NCBI GenBank assembly: GCA_965243205.1
Contig: CBDEUK010000001.1
Coordinates: 32,001-96,000, forward strand
Direction of reading: 5' to 3'
DNA length: 64,000 nucleotides
Source: Gammaproteobacteria bacterium
GTDB lineage: Bacteria > Pseudomonadota > Gammaproteobacteria > Eutrophobiales > Eutrophobiaceae
How positions within the stretch are numbered: the stretch's first letter is position 1; every line of letters starts with the position of its first letter. Positions 35,576 through 46,413 of the stretch are shown one piece after another. Under the pieces are notes generated by a model. The model did no database searches, had not been told where the DNA came from, and saw only the letters and a list, made by a program, of their open reading frames with translations. The position numbers were made by a program, and so were the translations under genes.

Positions 35576-37435
35576 CTATCTCGTCGTTAATTGAATTATA
35601 TTATTAGGTTGTGTGGCATCTTTGTCAGCTATAGGAACTAAGATCTGAACCCAATCAGCTAAGCTTTGTTCTTCAAAGTTTTCACATAATTCCTCTAGCT
35701 CATTGAAAAATATTTCAAGTTTTTGAGTATCGAGTTTACATTGTTTCGCTAAAAATATTTTATTATGCTGGGTATGAATTCGTTCTTCATTAGAATAGAA
35801 CAACTCTTCATATAATTTCTCTCCGGGCCGTAAACCAACATATTCTATTTGGATATCTTTTCCAGGTATTTTTCCAGAAAGTTGAATCATTTTTTCTGCT
35901 AAGTATGCAATCCTGACAGTCTTGCCCATATCCAATACAAATATTTCACCACCTTTTCCCATAGAACTTGCTTGTAATATTAACTGACATGCTTCAGGGA
36001 TAGTCATGAAAAAACGTGTAACTTCAGGGTGAGTGACGGTAACAGGCCCACCAGATTGAATTTGTTTTTTAAATAATGGCACAACGCTGCCATCAGAACC
36101 TAAGACGTTTCCAAACCTGACTGTAATAAACTGAGTCTTTGAGATAAGTGATTTTTGTTCACAATAACATTCAGCCAATCGTTTTGACTTACCTAAAATA
36201 TTTGCTGGTTTTACTGCTTTATCAGTCGATATAAAAATAAATTTTTCTAATCCAAATTGATCTGCGGCATCGACTAAAATTTTTGTTCCTAAAACATTGT
36301 TTTTTAATGCTTCACGTAATTGATATTCCAACATGGGAACATGTTTATAAGCTGCAGCATGAAATAATATGTCAGGTTTATAGCTATTTAAAACATGGGA
36401 TATTTTTGCTTTGTCTGTTACATCGCCTAGAACAACAGTATATTTTACATTTGGGAATTTTAAATCAAATTGCTGCTGTAATTGATAAAGACTGAATTCA
36501 CTTTGTTCAAAAAAGATTAAATGTTTAGGCGCAAGCACTGCAATTTGTTCACATAACTCTGAACCTATCGAACCTCCAGCACCTGTAATTAATATAGTTT
36601 TACTGATAATACCTTCTTGTAGAGTATTCCAATCTAATTCAATTTTTTCTCTTCCTAATAAATCTTCAATGGAAATTTCTCGTAAATTACTTAAAGCATC
36701 ATTGCCAACAACCATTTCTTTAAGCTTTGGCAAAGTTTTTACTGGTACTGAAAGCTCATTACACAAATTAAATATTCTTTGCATTTGATCATTGGTTGCA
36801 GAAGGTATTGCAATCACCACATGGTCTACAGAATTTTCTTGTACTATTTCCGTTAACTTATCAATAGACCCTAAAACTTTGATACCATGAATTTGCGCTT
36901 TCTTAATAGTCGGATCATCATCTAAAATACCAACAGGCATATAGGCACCTGTTCTAAGCATTTCACGAATCACCATATCACCGCCTCTTCCTGCACCAAT
37001 AACTAATACTCGTGGACCATTGGAAAGACGTTTAAAACTGAACCCATTATCTTTCCAGAATCGATAAGCTAATCGAGGTGCTCCTAATAAAAAAATCAAA
37101 TACATAGGATATAAAACAGCAACAGAACGCGGGATACCTACTAGGCGAAATACAATGAATAGACTCAAAACAATTATCAATGTACCTATAATGGCTGCAC
37201 GAAAGATATTCCAAAGATCAGGCAAACTAGCAAATCGCCACATGCCTTTATAAAGACGTAAATGCCAAAGTACACCTGCTTGAATTAAAATTACAAAGGG
37301 CAATGTAATGAAACTACTTTGCCATTCCAGATATGGAAAATGAAAATTAAATCGTGATAACCATGCTAATTGCCAAGCTAACGTTATCATGAATAGATCA
37401 TGAAGAATCACAGCTTGTTTTATAGATAATTTCAT
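35576..37435 (-). CDS. Membrane-bound UDP-GlcNAc 4,6-dehydratase (WbpM/CapD/PglF family)
   Basis: Four N-terminal TM helices; GAGGSIGSEL, HAAAYKHVP, STDKAV, RFGNVLGS, GLRPGEKLYEEL. Confidence 0.92.
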   Translation of the reverse strand: MKLSIKQAVILHDLFMITLAWQLAWLSRFNFHFPYLEWQSSFITLPFVILIQAGVLWHLRLYKGMWRFASLPDLWNIFRAAIIGTLIIVLSLFIVFRLVGIPRSVAVLYPMYLIFLLGAPRLAYRFWKDNGFSFKRLSNGPRVLVIGAGRGGDMVIREMLRTGAYMPVGILDDDPTIKKAQIHGIKVLGSIDKLTEIVQENSVDHVVIAIPSATNDQMQRIFNLCNELSVPVKTLPKLKEMVVGNDALSNLREISIEDLLGREKIELDWNTLQEGIISKTILITGAGGSIGSELCEQIAVLAPKHLIFFEQSEFSLYQLQQQFDLKFPNVKYTVVLGDVTDKAKISHVLNSYKPDILFHAAAYKHVPMLEYQLREALKNNVLGTKILVDAADQFGLEKFIFISTDKAVKPANILGKSKRLAECYCEQKSLISKTQFITVRFGNVLGSDGSVVPLFKKQIQSGGPVTVTHPEVTRFFMTIPEACQLILQASSMGKGGEIFVLDMGKTVRIAYLAEKMIQLSGKIPGKDIQIEYVGLRPGEKLYEELFYSNEERIHTQHNKIFLAKQCKLDTQKLEIFFNELEELCENFEEQSLADWVQILVPIADKDATQPNNIIQLTTR

Positions 37436-37442
37436 AGTTATT

Positions 37443-38426
37443 TTAAGTATTCTGAATATGTGTTTTTTGTATCTTATACCATAAAATCAATAGGATAGCG
37501 TAATTTAACAAAACTACAATGACAGAATGCTGACTATGCAGATATATCCAATAAGCGAATGGCCAAGTAATTAAAATATTAAACAAAAAAACTAAAATAG
37601 ATACAGTTTTATGTGAATATTCTGTACTAATTAACACTTGATAAGCGTGTTTCTTATGTGCCTGATACCATTTCTCTCCAAAAAAAACTCGTTTAATTAA
37701 TGTAAAACTCGTGTCTGCAATAAATACTGATAGTAAAACTAACCAAATTTCTACTGGAACTTCATATTTTACATATGAAAATATCGCTATCATTGAAAAA
37801 ATTAACCCTAAGGAGCAACTTCCTACATCACCTAAAAAAACTTTTGCTGGTGACCAATTCCATATTAAAAAACCTGCAGTCGAACTAAATAATACTAATG
37901 ATAAATAAAATAATTCTTGTGCTTGTAATTGATGAAAAATAAAAAGAGAAAACAAAGAGACTGATATCGCTTCAATACTAGCAATACCATCAATTCCATC
38001 CATAAAGTTATAAAGATTTATCATCCAAACTATGCATATAGCGATACAAAATAAAATGCCATAGCCCCATTCAAGCTTTAAAAACAATAAAAAGCTAATA
38101 GCAGATATAAAATAAAAAAAAGCACGAATCTTAATTGAAAGAGAAACTCTATCATCTATTAATGCAACAAGCATTGTAATAATCAAAGATAAACTAAATG
38201 CCAAAAATTCATTTAGATTAATTATTTTTAAGACATATAGAATAAAAAAAGCCAACAATATAAATAAAAATATAACGACACCACCGCCTCGTGGAACAGG
38301 TGATTTATGGAGGCTACGATGGTTAGGAATATCAACTAAAGAAAATTTAATTAAATAATTTATAATATGTTTTGTAACTAATACAGAAACAATAAAAACA
38401 CCTAGTGAAATAATAATTGGTATCAT
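37443..38426 (-). CDS. Undecaprenyl-phosphate HexNAc-1-P transferase (WbpL/WecA, MraY-like family)
   Basis: DIPNHRSLH..PVPRGGG, NLYNFMDGIDG, FLGDVGS; multiple TM helices. Confidence 0.92.
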   Translation of the reverse strand: MIPIIISLGVFIVSVLVTKHIINYLIKFSLVDIPNHRSLHKSPVPRGGGVVIFLFILLAFFILYVLKIINLNEFLAFSLSLIITMLVALIDDRVSLSIKIRAFFYFISAISFLLFLKLEWGYGILFCIAICIVWMINLYNFMDGIDGIASIEAISVSLFSLFIFHQLQAQELFYLSLVLFSSTAGFLIWNWSPAKVFLGDVGSCSLGLIFSMIAIFSYVKYEVPVEIWLVLLSVFIADTSFTLIKRVFFGEKWYQAHKKHAYQVLISTEYSHKTVSILVFLFNILITWPFAYWIYLHSQHSVIVVLLNYAILLILWYKIQKTHIQNT

Positions 38427-39367
38427 GATATGTTATTACTCTTATACCATTTAATAGTTTTTTCTATAGCCATATCAAATGTATAAATTGGATGCCAATT
38501 AAGCTGTTTTATCGTTTTATAATTATCAACTGATAAATTACCAATTAAACGCGATATTTGTTTCCGTTTTTGAAAAATAATAGCTGTTATCTTTAACAGT
38601 AATGAAGGAATTGAAAACATCCGATTTGGTTTATCAAGGTACTTATAAAATATTTTGATTAAATCTGTTGTTGAAACATCATAATCTTTCACTAAAAAAA
38701 TTTGATTTTTTGCATTATAGTCAATAACACATTGCTCAATAAAACTGCATAAATTCTCAACATAGATCATGCTGCGTTTATTATTGATTGAAGCAAATGG
38801 CAAAGGAATTCCTGATTCGGCGAGAGCAATTAAGTTATAAAAATTTGCTTTAACACCTGGTCCATAGACTAATGGTGGTCGAATGATAACGTATTCAAGT
38901 GAGCTATTTTTACTAGCCAATTTTATATTCTCTTCACAACGAGCCTTACTATTCGCATAAGGATCTTCCGGATTGATTATTGAATCTTCTGAAATATTTT
39001 CAAGTTCACCATCACCATGTACTTTGATAGTGCTCAAAAAAATAAAGCGTTTTATTTTAAATTTTACTGCAGCATCAATTAATTGTTGAGTTCCGTTAAC
39101 ATTGATTTGAATATATTCATCTAATGATTGTTGGTTATTTAAATCGTGAACTTTTGAGGCTAGATGTATTACAACATCGATATTATGAAATGCCTCATTT
39201 AATATATTTTCATTATTAGATAAATCGTATTGAAAAACCTTGTTATTTTGTACTTTAGTTGAATGCGTATCTCTTAATAGAATAGATACTATATGCCCAG
39301 AAGCTTCTAGTCTTGGTATTAAGTGAGAGCCAATAAATCCATTAGCTCCTGTAAGAAGAATATTCAA
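38423..39367 (-). CDS. NAD-dependent epimerase/4-reductase (WbpK/WbpV-like)
   Basis: TGANGFIG, YANSK, IRPPLVYGPGVKANF; next to wbpL/wbpM-like genes. Confidence 0.85.
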   Translation of the reverse strand: MNILLTGANGFIGSHLIPRLEASGHIVSILLRDTHSTKVQNNKVFQYDLSNNENILNEAFHNIDVVIHLASKVHDLNNQQSLDEYIQINVNGTQQLIDAAVKFKIKRFIFLSTIKVHGDGELENISEDSIINPEDPYANSKARCEENIKLASKNSSLEYVIIRPPLVYGPGVKANFYNLIALAESGIPLPFASINNKRSMIYVENLCSFIEQCVIDYNAKNQIFLVKDYDVSTTDLIKIFYKYLDKPNRMFSIPSLLLKITAIIFQKRKQISRLIGNLSVDNYKTIKQLNWHPIYTFDMAIEKTIKWYKSNNIS

Positions 39368-39380
39368 ATATTATATATTT

Positions 39381-40826
39381 TTAAGTATTATTAACACGTC
39401 CAAAATCATCATCAAAGCGAACAATATCATCCTCACCAAGATAAGTACCACATTGTACTTCTATCACCTCCAAAGGTTTAGACTGTTTATTTTCGAGACG
39501 ATGCTTAACACCCATAGGAATAAATGTTGATTGATTTTCTTGTAAATTAATAATGTTTTCACCAAGAGTGACCGTAGCTATACCACTTACTACCACCCAA
39601 TGTTCGGCCCGTTTATGATGCATTTGTAGTGAAAGTTTTTTTCCAGGACTTACTATTAAACGTTTTACTTGAAAATTTTCACCATTTTCCAAACCTTCAT
39701 AACTTCCCCATGGACGATAGACTTTACGATGTAATAAACTTTCTTCTCGTTCTTGTTGTTTTAATTCTAAGACCACTTGTTTTATCTTTTGTGCTTGCGA
39801 TTTATTTCCAATCAATACAGCATCCGATGTTTCAACGACGACTAAATCTTTACAACCAACCGTTGCAACAAGCTTATGATTTGCATGTATCAAAGAGTTT
39901 TCTGTATCAATAGTGATCACATCACCATGTATTGCATTAGCATTATCATCTTTATGATTAATATCCCAAACAGATGCCCATGATCCAATATCTGACCAGC
40001 CAACATCTAATGTAACTAAAGCTCCTTTTAATGATTCATCCTCAGATAATTTTTCCATCACTGCATAATCAATGGAATTATCTGGCGAAGCAGAAAAAGC
40101 TTCTTTATCTAATCGAAAAAAATCTCCATCCTCATTACCATTATGGACTGCTTTTACACATTGTTCATACATTACTGGCTCATATTTTTTAATCGCTTCT
40201 AACCAAACTGATGCTTTAAAAACAAATAAACCACTATTCCAAAAGTAATTACCTGATTGTATATATGATTCAGCAACTTCTAATGATGGTTTCTCAACAA
40301 ACTCTTTTATTTCAAATGCATCTTCAGCCAATAAGTTTTGTGTGTTGATATACCCATATCCAATTTCTGGGTGTGTTGGGGTAATACCAAAGGTAACAAG
40401 ATAGTTTTGCTCCGCATAGCTTGCTGCTTTATTAACTTGTTCATGGAATTTTTCTTTATTAGCTACCACATGATCAGAGGGCATGATAAGTAAAATAGTA
40501 TTTTTACTATGGCTTCGTAATGCTGCGACTGTAATAGCTGGAGCCGTATTTCTTCCAATTGGTTCCAGAATAATTTCTTTTAAGTTTTGTTCAATAAGTC
40601 TTGCATGCTCAGCAACAAGAAACCGTTGTTCTTCGTTAGTAATAACGATTGGATTTTGAATAGAACTGGAATCAGATAGATTATCTAATCGCGTTAATGT
40701 TTTTTGTAACATTGATTCTTCATCAATCAATGATAAAAATTGTTTGGGATAATAACTTCGTGATAATGGCCACAATCGAGTACCACCACCACCAGCCAAA
40801 ATTATAGGTTGAATTAAACTATTCAT
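39381..40826 (-). CDS. manC: Mannose-1-phosphate guanylyltransferase / mannose-6-phosphate isomerase
   Basis: GGGGTRLWPLSR, EPIGRNTAPA, FVEKP, WNSG, RPWG and the LSLQMHHKRAEHW cupin. Confidence 0.95.
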   Translation of the reverse strand: MNSLIQPIILAGGGGTRLWPLSRSYYPKQFLSLIDEESMLQKTLTRLDNLSDSSSIQNPIVITNEEQRFLVAEHARLIEQNLKEIILEPIGRNTAPAITVAALRSHSKNTILLIMPSDHVVANKEKFHEQVNKAASYAEQNYLVTFGITPTHPEIGYGYINTQNLLAEDAFEIKEFVEKPSLEVAESYIQSGNYFWNSGLFVFKASVWLEAIKKYEPVMYEQCVKAVHNGNEDGDFFRLDKEAFSASPDNSIDYAVMEKLSEDESLKGALVTLDVGWSDIGSWASVWDINHKDDNANAIHGDVITIDTENSLIHANHKLVATVGCKDLVVVETSDAVLIGNKSQAQKIKQVVLELKQQEREESLLHRKVYRPWGSYEGLENGENFQVKRLIVSPGKKLSLQMHHKRAEHWVVVSGIATVTLGENIINLQENQSTFIPMGVKHRLENKQSKPLEVIEVQCGTYLGEDDIVRFDDDFGRVNNT

Positions 40827-40874
40827 AATTAACTACTCATAACTAACTACGGAAAATATATTTAATTGAAGAGT

Positions 40875-42008
40875 TTAGTTTTTACGCCAAACAGTACGAT
40901 TGACAAAGGAAGTGTAACTCAAAATAATTCTTACTATTTTTTTTGAAACTTGTCCCCCTTCATAATCAGGAACAATTTCATGTTTATAATTACCATTTTT
41001 CTTTTGATTTATGACAGTTTTTATAGCAATGAGAATTTCCTCTTTTATAGTATCCGCCATAATCAAAGTACCAACATCCATTCCTTCAGGCCTTTCATGT
41101 GACTGCCTTATCGTAACTGCAGGAAATCCTAATAATGATGATTCTTCAGCTATTGTTCCACTATCAGAAATCACACATTGTGCATTTTTTTGTAATTGAA
41201 TGTAATCTATGAATCCCATTGCTTTCATAAATCTGACATTGTCATTCAAATTTGAATTTGATAATGATTCAAGACGTTTTTGTGTCCTAGGATGCACCGA
41301 AAATATGACAGGCATATTATATTCGTTAATTAATTCATTTAATGCCTCTAAAAAGCTACTTAATCTCTCATTAGAATCAACATTTTCTTCTCTGTGTGCA
41401 CTCACTAAAAAATATTCATTTTGTTTTAGATTTAGCTTATTCAGAATATCTGACTGGCAAATTTTGTTCTTATAATATTGCAATACTTCCTGCATACAAG
41501 AGCCAGTTTTAATAATAGTATTTGGCTGAATACCTTCTGCAATCAAATATTGCCTTGCATGTTCAGTCAATGGCATATTAATGTCACTTATGTGGTCAAT
41601 TATGCGTCTATTTATCTCTTCTGGTACACGTTCATCGAAACACCGATTACCTGCTTCCATATGAAACACAGGAATTTTCAAACGTTTAGCAGTAATAGCC
41701 GACATACAACTATTTGTATCACCATATAATAATATTGCGTTAGGCTTTTCATTTAAAATAACAGGCTCTATTTTAGAAATAACTTGAGCTATAGTTTCAC
41801 ATGCACTTGTACCTGCTGCATCAAGATATATATCAGGCGATCTTATTTCTAAATCATCAAAAAATATTTTGTTTAATTCATCTGAATAGTTTTGTCCTGT
41901 GTGAACTAAAACATGTTCAATATGTTTATCTAGTTCAGCAATAACACGTGACAACTTAATAAGTTCTGGCCTTGTGCCAACAATAGTCATTACTTTAAAC
42001 CGACTCAT
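40875..42008 (-). CDS. wecB: Non-hydrolysing UDP-HexNAc 2-epimerase (FnlC/WbjD/CapG subtype)
   Basis: VGTRPELIKLS, HTGQNY, HMEAGNRCFDERVPEEINRRIIDH, SDSGT, HERPEG. Confidence 0.9.
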   Translation of the reverse strand: MSRFKVMTIVGTRPELIKLSRVIAELDKHIEHVLVHTGQNYSDELNKIFFDDLEIRSPDIYLDAAGTSACETIAQVISKIEPVILNEKPNAILLYGDTNSCMSAITAKRLKIPVFHMEAGNRCFDERVPEEINRRIIDHISDINMPLTEHARQYLIAEGIQPNTIIKTGSCMQEVLQYYKNKICQSDILNKLNLKQNEYFLVSAHREENVDSNERLSSFLEALNELINEYNMPVIFSVHPRTQKRLESLSNSNLNDNVRFMKAMGFIDYIQLQKNAQCVISDSGTIAEESSLLGFPAVTIRQSHERPEGMDVGTLIMADTIKEEILIAIKTVINQKKNGNYKHEIVPDYEGGQVSKKIVRIILSYTSFVNRTVWRKN

Positions 42009-43069
42009 GCTAATAATTCACCACCTTCGGATAAATTATCTTCACCAATCATTAATTGATTTTCTGATAATAATTTAATGGTATCGGATAAATTAAGAAC
42101 CGTATCTTCGGAACTAAATTCTTTTGTAAGTACTTTTTCAAAATTTTCTTGATTATTAAGTTCAGGTAACATCGAACGAATTGCGTAGTAGTCCCCTGCA
42201 CGTACTGTATGATGACATTCTTCCTCTGAAACCATAATTTCATGCATTTTCTCACCAGGTCTAATTCCTATAATATTAATATCAATACCACGATCTCCTA
42301 TAAGTGCTTTAGCGATATTTATTACGGTTGCGGAAGGAGCATTAGGAACAAATGTATCACCTGGTTTTGCATCGCGTATACAATTAAACACAGTATCGAC
42401 AGCTTGATCTAAGCTAAGTAAAAAGCGTGTCATTTCTGGGACTGTAATCGTAACAGGACCACCATTCTTTATTTGCTCATGGAACAGCGGTATAACAGAA
42501 CCTCTTGAAGCTAAAACATTACCATAACGTACACATGCAAAACGAGTGTTTTTATTCAGTATATTTGCTGAAGTAAATATACGTTCTTGAATTGATTTAG
42601 ACATTCCCATTACATTAACTGGTTTACATGCTTTATCAGTACTAACACCTATAACAGTCTCTATACTTAAATCTAGTTCACGTATCGCACGAACGATATT
42701 CATCGCACCAATACAATTAGTTAATACTGCTTGTTCTGGAAAATATTCACATGTTGGCACTTGCTTAAGTGCTGCAGCATTAATAACAATATCCACATCA
42801 TTCAATGCCGAGCTCACGTCATGAAAATCTCGAACATCACCTATACGAAATTCTAACACTTGTTTAAAGTTATTAAATATAACTTCATCAGTTGTGACAG
42901 TCCGATTTAAATACGCCACTCTCATGTCATGCTGTTTGCCTTCATCTCTTGACATAACAATTACTTTTTTTGGGACTCCGTTTTCAGAAGATAACAAGCG
43001 CCTAACTAATACTTTACCTAATGAGCCAGTACCACCCGTGACTAGAATTTTTTTCCCCTCAAATAGCAT
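42005..43069 (-). CDS. UDP-GlcNAc 4,6-dehydratase/5-epimerase (FnlA/WbjB/CapE family)
   Basis: TGGTGSLG, SRDEGKQ, AAALKQVPTCE, STDKAC, MGMSK, RYGNVLASRGSV. Confidence 0.88.
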   Translation of the reverse strand: MLFEGKKILVTGGTGSLGKVLVRRLLSSENGVPKKVIVMSRDEGKQHDMRVAYLNRTVTTDEVIFNNFKQVLEFRIGDVRDFHDVSSALNDVDIVINAAALKQVPTCEYFPEQAVLTNCIGAMNIVRAIRELDLSIETVIGVSTDKACKPVNVMGMSKSIQERIFTSANILNKNTRFACVRYGNVLASRGSVIPLFHEQIKNGGPVTITVPEMTRFLLSLDQAVDTVFNCIRDAKPGDTFVPNAPSATVINIAKALIGDRGIDINIIGIRPGEKMHEIMVSEEECHHTVRAGDYYAIRSMLPELNNQENFEKVLTKEFSSEDTVLNLSDTIKLLSENQLMIGEDNLSEGGELLA

Positions 43070-43071
43070 GG

Positions 43072-43947
43072 TTAAAATATATCTCCTCGTTGTTTAATTT
43101 GTTCAGCCAATTCAGATAACATTGCATCCCAATCTGGCGGCACATAGCTTGTAATTGAATTAAATTCATTTGCAATCAAACTTCGGTCGCATGCAAACTC
43201 ATCATAAGGGTTAATTTTAACATCACTTCTGTTTAATTTTTCAGATAATTTAGTTAACAATTCATATTTACTAATTGGGTTCGATGCGACATGATAAACA
43301 CCTGATAGATTTGGGTAATGTAATAAAACTCTCTCAATAATCCTTGCCATTTCAATAGTTGTAAACCCACTAAATATGGCATTTGAGTAGCCGTTGACAC
43401 AACCTTTCTGAGATAAAAACCACTCAATCAAACTTTTTTTATAGTTTAATTCAAGACCGATTATAGATGTTCGAAGCGTGATACAATTACTATAACTAAC
43501 TTCACCTAAATATTTAGTTTTTCCATAAATATCTTCTGCATCGACTAAATCAGTTTGTAAATATTGTCCTTTTTTACCTGAAAATACGCAGTCCGTACTC
43601 ATATGAATAAATTTAGAATTTATTTTTGCAGCTAAGATTGCTATTTTGTGTGGAAGTAATGAATTAATTTCTATATATTTTACTGGAGAAGTTTTAACAT
43701 CTCTCTGTTTAATAACCCCTACAGCATTCAAAATGATATCCGGTCGTATATCATTCAATATTGCTTCCATACGATTAAAATCTGTCAGATCAATATTTTG
43801 CACCACATTATTTTCATTAATGATATCTTCTATATTAGAACCAATATATTGATGGTGCAGTAAGCCATACACTTCATATTTAGCAGTAAAATATTTAGCA
43901 AACTGATGACCTAACATACCATTGCATCCTAAAACTAATATTTTCAT
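43072..43947 (-). CDS. RmlD-like SDR sugar reductase
   Basis: LGCNGMLG, STDCVFSGKKG, YGKTK, LRTSIIG. Confidence 0.85.
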   Translation of the reverse strand: MKILVLGCNGMLGHQFAKYFTAKYEVYGLLHHQYIGSNIEDIINENNVVQNIDLTDFNRMEAILNDIRPDIILNAVGVIKQRDVKTSPVKYIEINSLLPHKIAILAAKINSKFIHMSTDCVFSGKKGQYLQTDLVDAEDIYGKTKYLGEVSYSNCITLRTSIIGLELNYKKSLIEWFLSQKGCVNGYSNAIFSGFTTIEMARIIERVLLHYPNLSGVYHVASNPISKYELLTKLSEKLNRSDVKINPYDEFACDRSLIANEFNSITSYVPPDWDAMLSELAEQIKQRGDIF

Positions 43948-43950
43948 ATC

Positions 43951-45174
43951 TTATTTTGAAGTTAATTTATTCATCATACTGACTAATCTATCTAGCAGAA
44001 TGCTTCTATCATAATGTAATTTATAATAATTATATGAGCATTCTCCCATTTTATCTCTTTGTGTTTTATCAAGATTATAAATACTCAATATCGCTTCTGC
44101 TAATGCTTTCTCATCTTCAGCATTAACGGCTACTCCACCTGCAGATTCATTTATGACTCTAGCACCTTCTCCATTCAGTGAACCTATGATAGGTCTTGCG
44201 CATGCCATGTAACTTTGTACTTTAGAAGGAATTGTTTGAGAAAAAACAGTTTCATCTTTCAATGTAACTAATAATGTATCGGCATGCGAAAAATATTTTG
44301 GCATATCCTGTGTTGGCTTACGCCCTAAGAAATACATACATTGTTCAATCCCTAGTTTTTTCACTTCGTTTTCCATCCATTCTTTACGTCGGCCATCGCC
44401 AATAATAACCCAATGTAAGTCTTTTAGATGTTTTAGTCTTAAAGCAGCTGAAGTAATTGTATTTAATGATTGAGCTTCGCCAAGATTTCCTGCAAATAAG
44501 ACTATAAAACCTTTAGGAAATTTATCTGATATATCATTAGTGTTTTCTAAAGATATTGGTTTATAAAAATCTTCAGCCCAATTCGGAAAGTAAAATGTCT
44601 TATTAGGATCTGCACCAGCATCAACCGCTGGTTTTATAAACGATTCTGACTGGACTAAAATTAAATCACAACGATAATATATCCATTTTACCATTTTAGA
44701 AACTAAGTTTAATATGAACTTTGAATCGATTGCACCTGCAGCTTTAATACTTTCAGGCCATAAATCTTGCACCCAGAAAATCATTGGTGCTTTTTTTAAA
44801 AAGCGAAATAGGACACCGGGTATTCCAACAGTAAATGGTGATGGCTCATAAACAAATATAACATCATAGTTATCGCGGCAGTAAAAAGGGCCCAAGATGC
44901 AGGAGGTCAAAACAAAAGATATATAATTAAGAATAAGTTGCCACGATTTACTTTTCATACGCGGTATTAATGGTACTCTATATATTGTTACATTATTATG
45001 CCTATCTTTACCAACAGACTGATAACCATAGCCTTCAGAGATAGCTCCAGATGGATAATTAGGAAGTCCTGTTAATACAGTAATTTCATGCCCCATATCA
45101 TCAAGACTTAATGCTAAATCATTAATACGAAAAGACTCTGGCCAAAAATATTGGCTTATGATTAAAATCTTCAT
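43951..45174 (-). CDS. GT4 glycosyltransferase (WbuB-like)
   Basis: SQYFWPE, LTGLPNYPSG, VQDLWPES, FAGNLGEAQ, IPSKVQSYMA. Confidence 0.9.
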   Translation of the reverse strand: MKILIISQYFWPESFRINDLALSLDDMGHEITVLTGLPNYPSGAISEGYGYQSVGKDRHNNVTIYRVPLIPRMKSKSWQLILNYISFVLTSCILGPFYCRDNYDVIFVYEPSPFTVGIPGVLFRFLKKAPMIFWVQDLWPESIKAAGAIDSKFILNLVSKMVKWIYYRCDLILVQSESFIKPAVDAGADPNKTFYFPNWAEDFYKPISLENTNDISDKFPKGFIVLFAGNLGEAQSLNTITSAALRLKHLKDLHWVIIGDGRRKEWMENEVKKLGIEQCMYFLGRKPTQDMPKYFSHADTLLVTLKDETVFSQTIPSKVQSYMACARPIIGSLNGEGARVINESAGGVAVNAEDEKALAEAILSIYNLDKTQRDKMGECSYNYYKLHYDRSILLDRLVSMMNKLTSK

Positions 45175-45250
45175 TTATATTTTCAATATTATTTCTTAAA
45201 TATATATGATTTAACAAATAACTTTATTAGTTACATTTTGTGCTTGAGTA

Positions 45251-46408
45251 TTATTTATCAACTGATTTAAAACTTATATCCTTGTTTAATATAGACTCAT
45301 AACAAAAAATATATTTTCGTGAAATTGATTCCCACGAATATTTCGACGACACGAATATTGATGCTTTACTACCCATTTCAACAAGAGAATTATTATTTAG
45401 TTCTAATAAATTACTAATCCCATATGCAATACTTTCTATAGTAGGAGAAACCTCTATTCCACCTCCAGCTTCTACTAATTCAGGAAACCCACATGCATTA
45501 GTCATTAAAACTGGTTTATTATAAACAGCTGCTTCTAATGCAACTAATGACATTGCTTCTTTTCTTGAGGGTATGACAAGAAAACTACAATCGCGGTAAG
45601 CTAATTTCTTATCGTCACCTCCAATGTATCCTGTTAAAAAAACGCGATTTTCTAAATTATTCTTATCAATAATTTTTTTTAAATCTTGTCCCATGCCATC
45701 ATCTGGACCAGCTAAAACTAAATTAATATCTGGATATTTTTTATTTATTTTTATAAAAGCATTAATTAATAAATCTGGTCCTTTTATAAGATTTAATCTA
45801 CCAACAAATAATATATATGGTTTATCTGGAATATTAAAAATTTTGTTAAAAGTTCGTTCATCCTCAAACGAAACATTACAATCCACTCCATTTGGAATAA
45901 ACTCTACATGCTTATTAGCATTGATTGTATGAAAATATTGCATCTCAGGCTTTGTTATTGCAATTATCCTCGATGCATTTTTTAACATCCTATACCCTAT
46001 TACATAGTTATATATTAATTTAAAGATCTTAGAACGCCCAAAAATCTCTAAAGAACCTGCTGGACAAACCACATAAGGCTTGCCTTGTTTTTTTGCTATT
46101 AAATAGACCCAAATATTTAACACTGTCCAATGATTCATTAAATGAATCACATCAGCCCATTCCACTGTTTCATAAATTTTTTTGTAGTTAAAAGTAGGTA
46201 TATACCATCGTTTTATCAAACATGGTAAAACAACCATGGTATTTTGATCATGTTTAAATACTTTATTATTTAAACCTATGTCTGTTGTAATTACCTTAGC
46301 ATTAGTATTATTTAATTTATTTAGATATGTAATAAGAGCACCGGTTCGTTGTGCAGTACCACCACCAGTTATAGGATCCATACTCATATTCACATGTAAA
46401 ATATTCAT
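45251..46408 (-). CDS. GT4 glycosyltransferase
   Basis: IPNGV, LFVGRL..IKG, PSRKEAMSLVALEA. Confidence 0.9.
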   Translation of the reverse strand: MNILHVNMSMDPITGGGTAQRTGALITYLNKLNNTNAKVITTDIGLNNKVFKHDQNTMVVLPCLIKRWYIPTFNYKKIYETVEWADVIHLMNHWTVLNIWVYLIAKKQGKPYVVCPAGSLEIFGRSKIFKLIYNYVIGYRMLKNASRIIAITKPEMQYFHTINANKHVEFIPNGVDCNVSFEDERTFNKIFNIPDKPYILFVGRLNLIKGPDLLINAFIKINKKYPDINLVLAGPDDGMGQDLKKIIDKNNLENRVFLTGYIGGDDKKLAYRDCSFLVIPSRKEAMSLVALEAAVYNKPVLMTNACGFPELVEAGGGIEVSPTIESIAYGISNLLELNNNSLVEMGSKASIFVSSKYSWESISRKYIFCYESILNKDISFKSVDK

Positions 46409-46413
46409 TTTGA

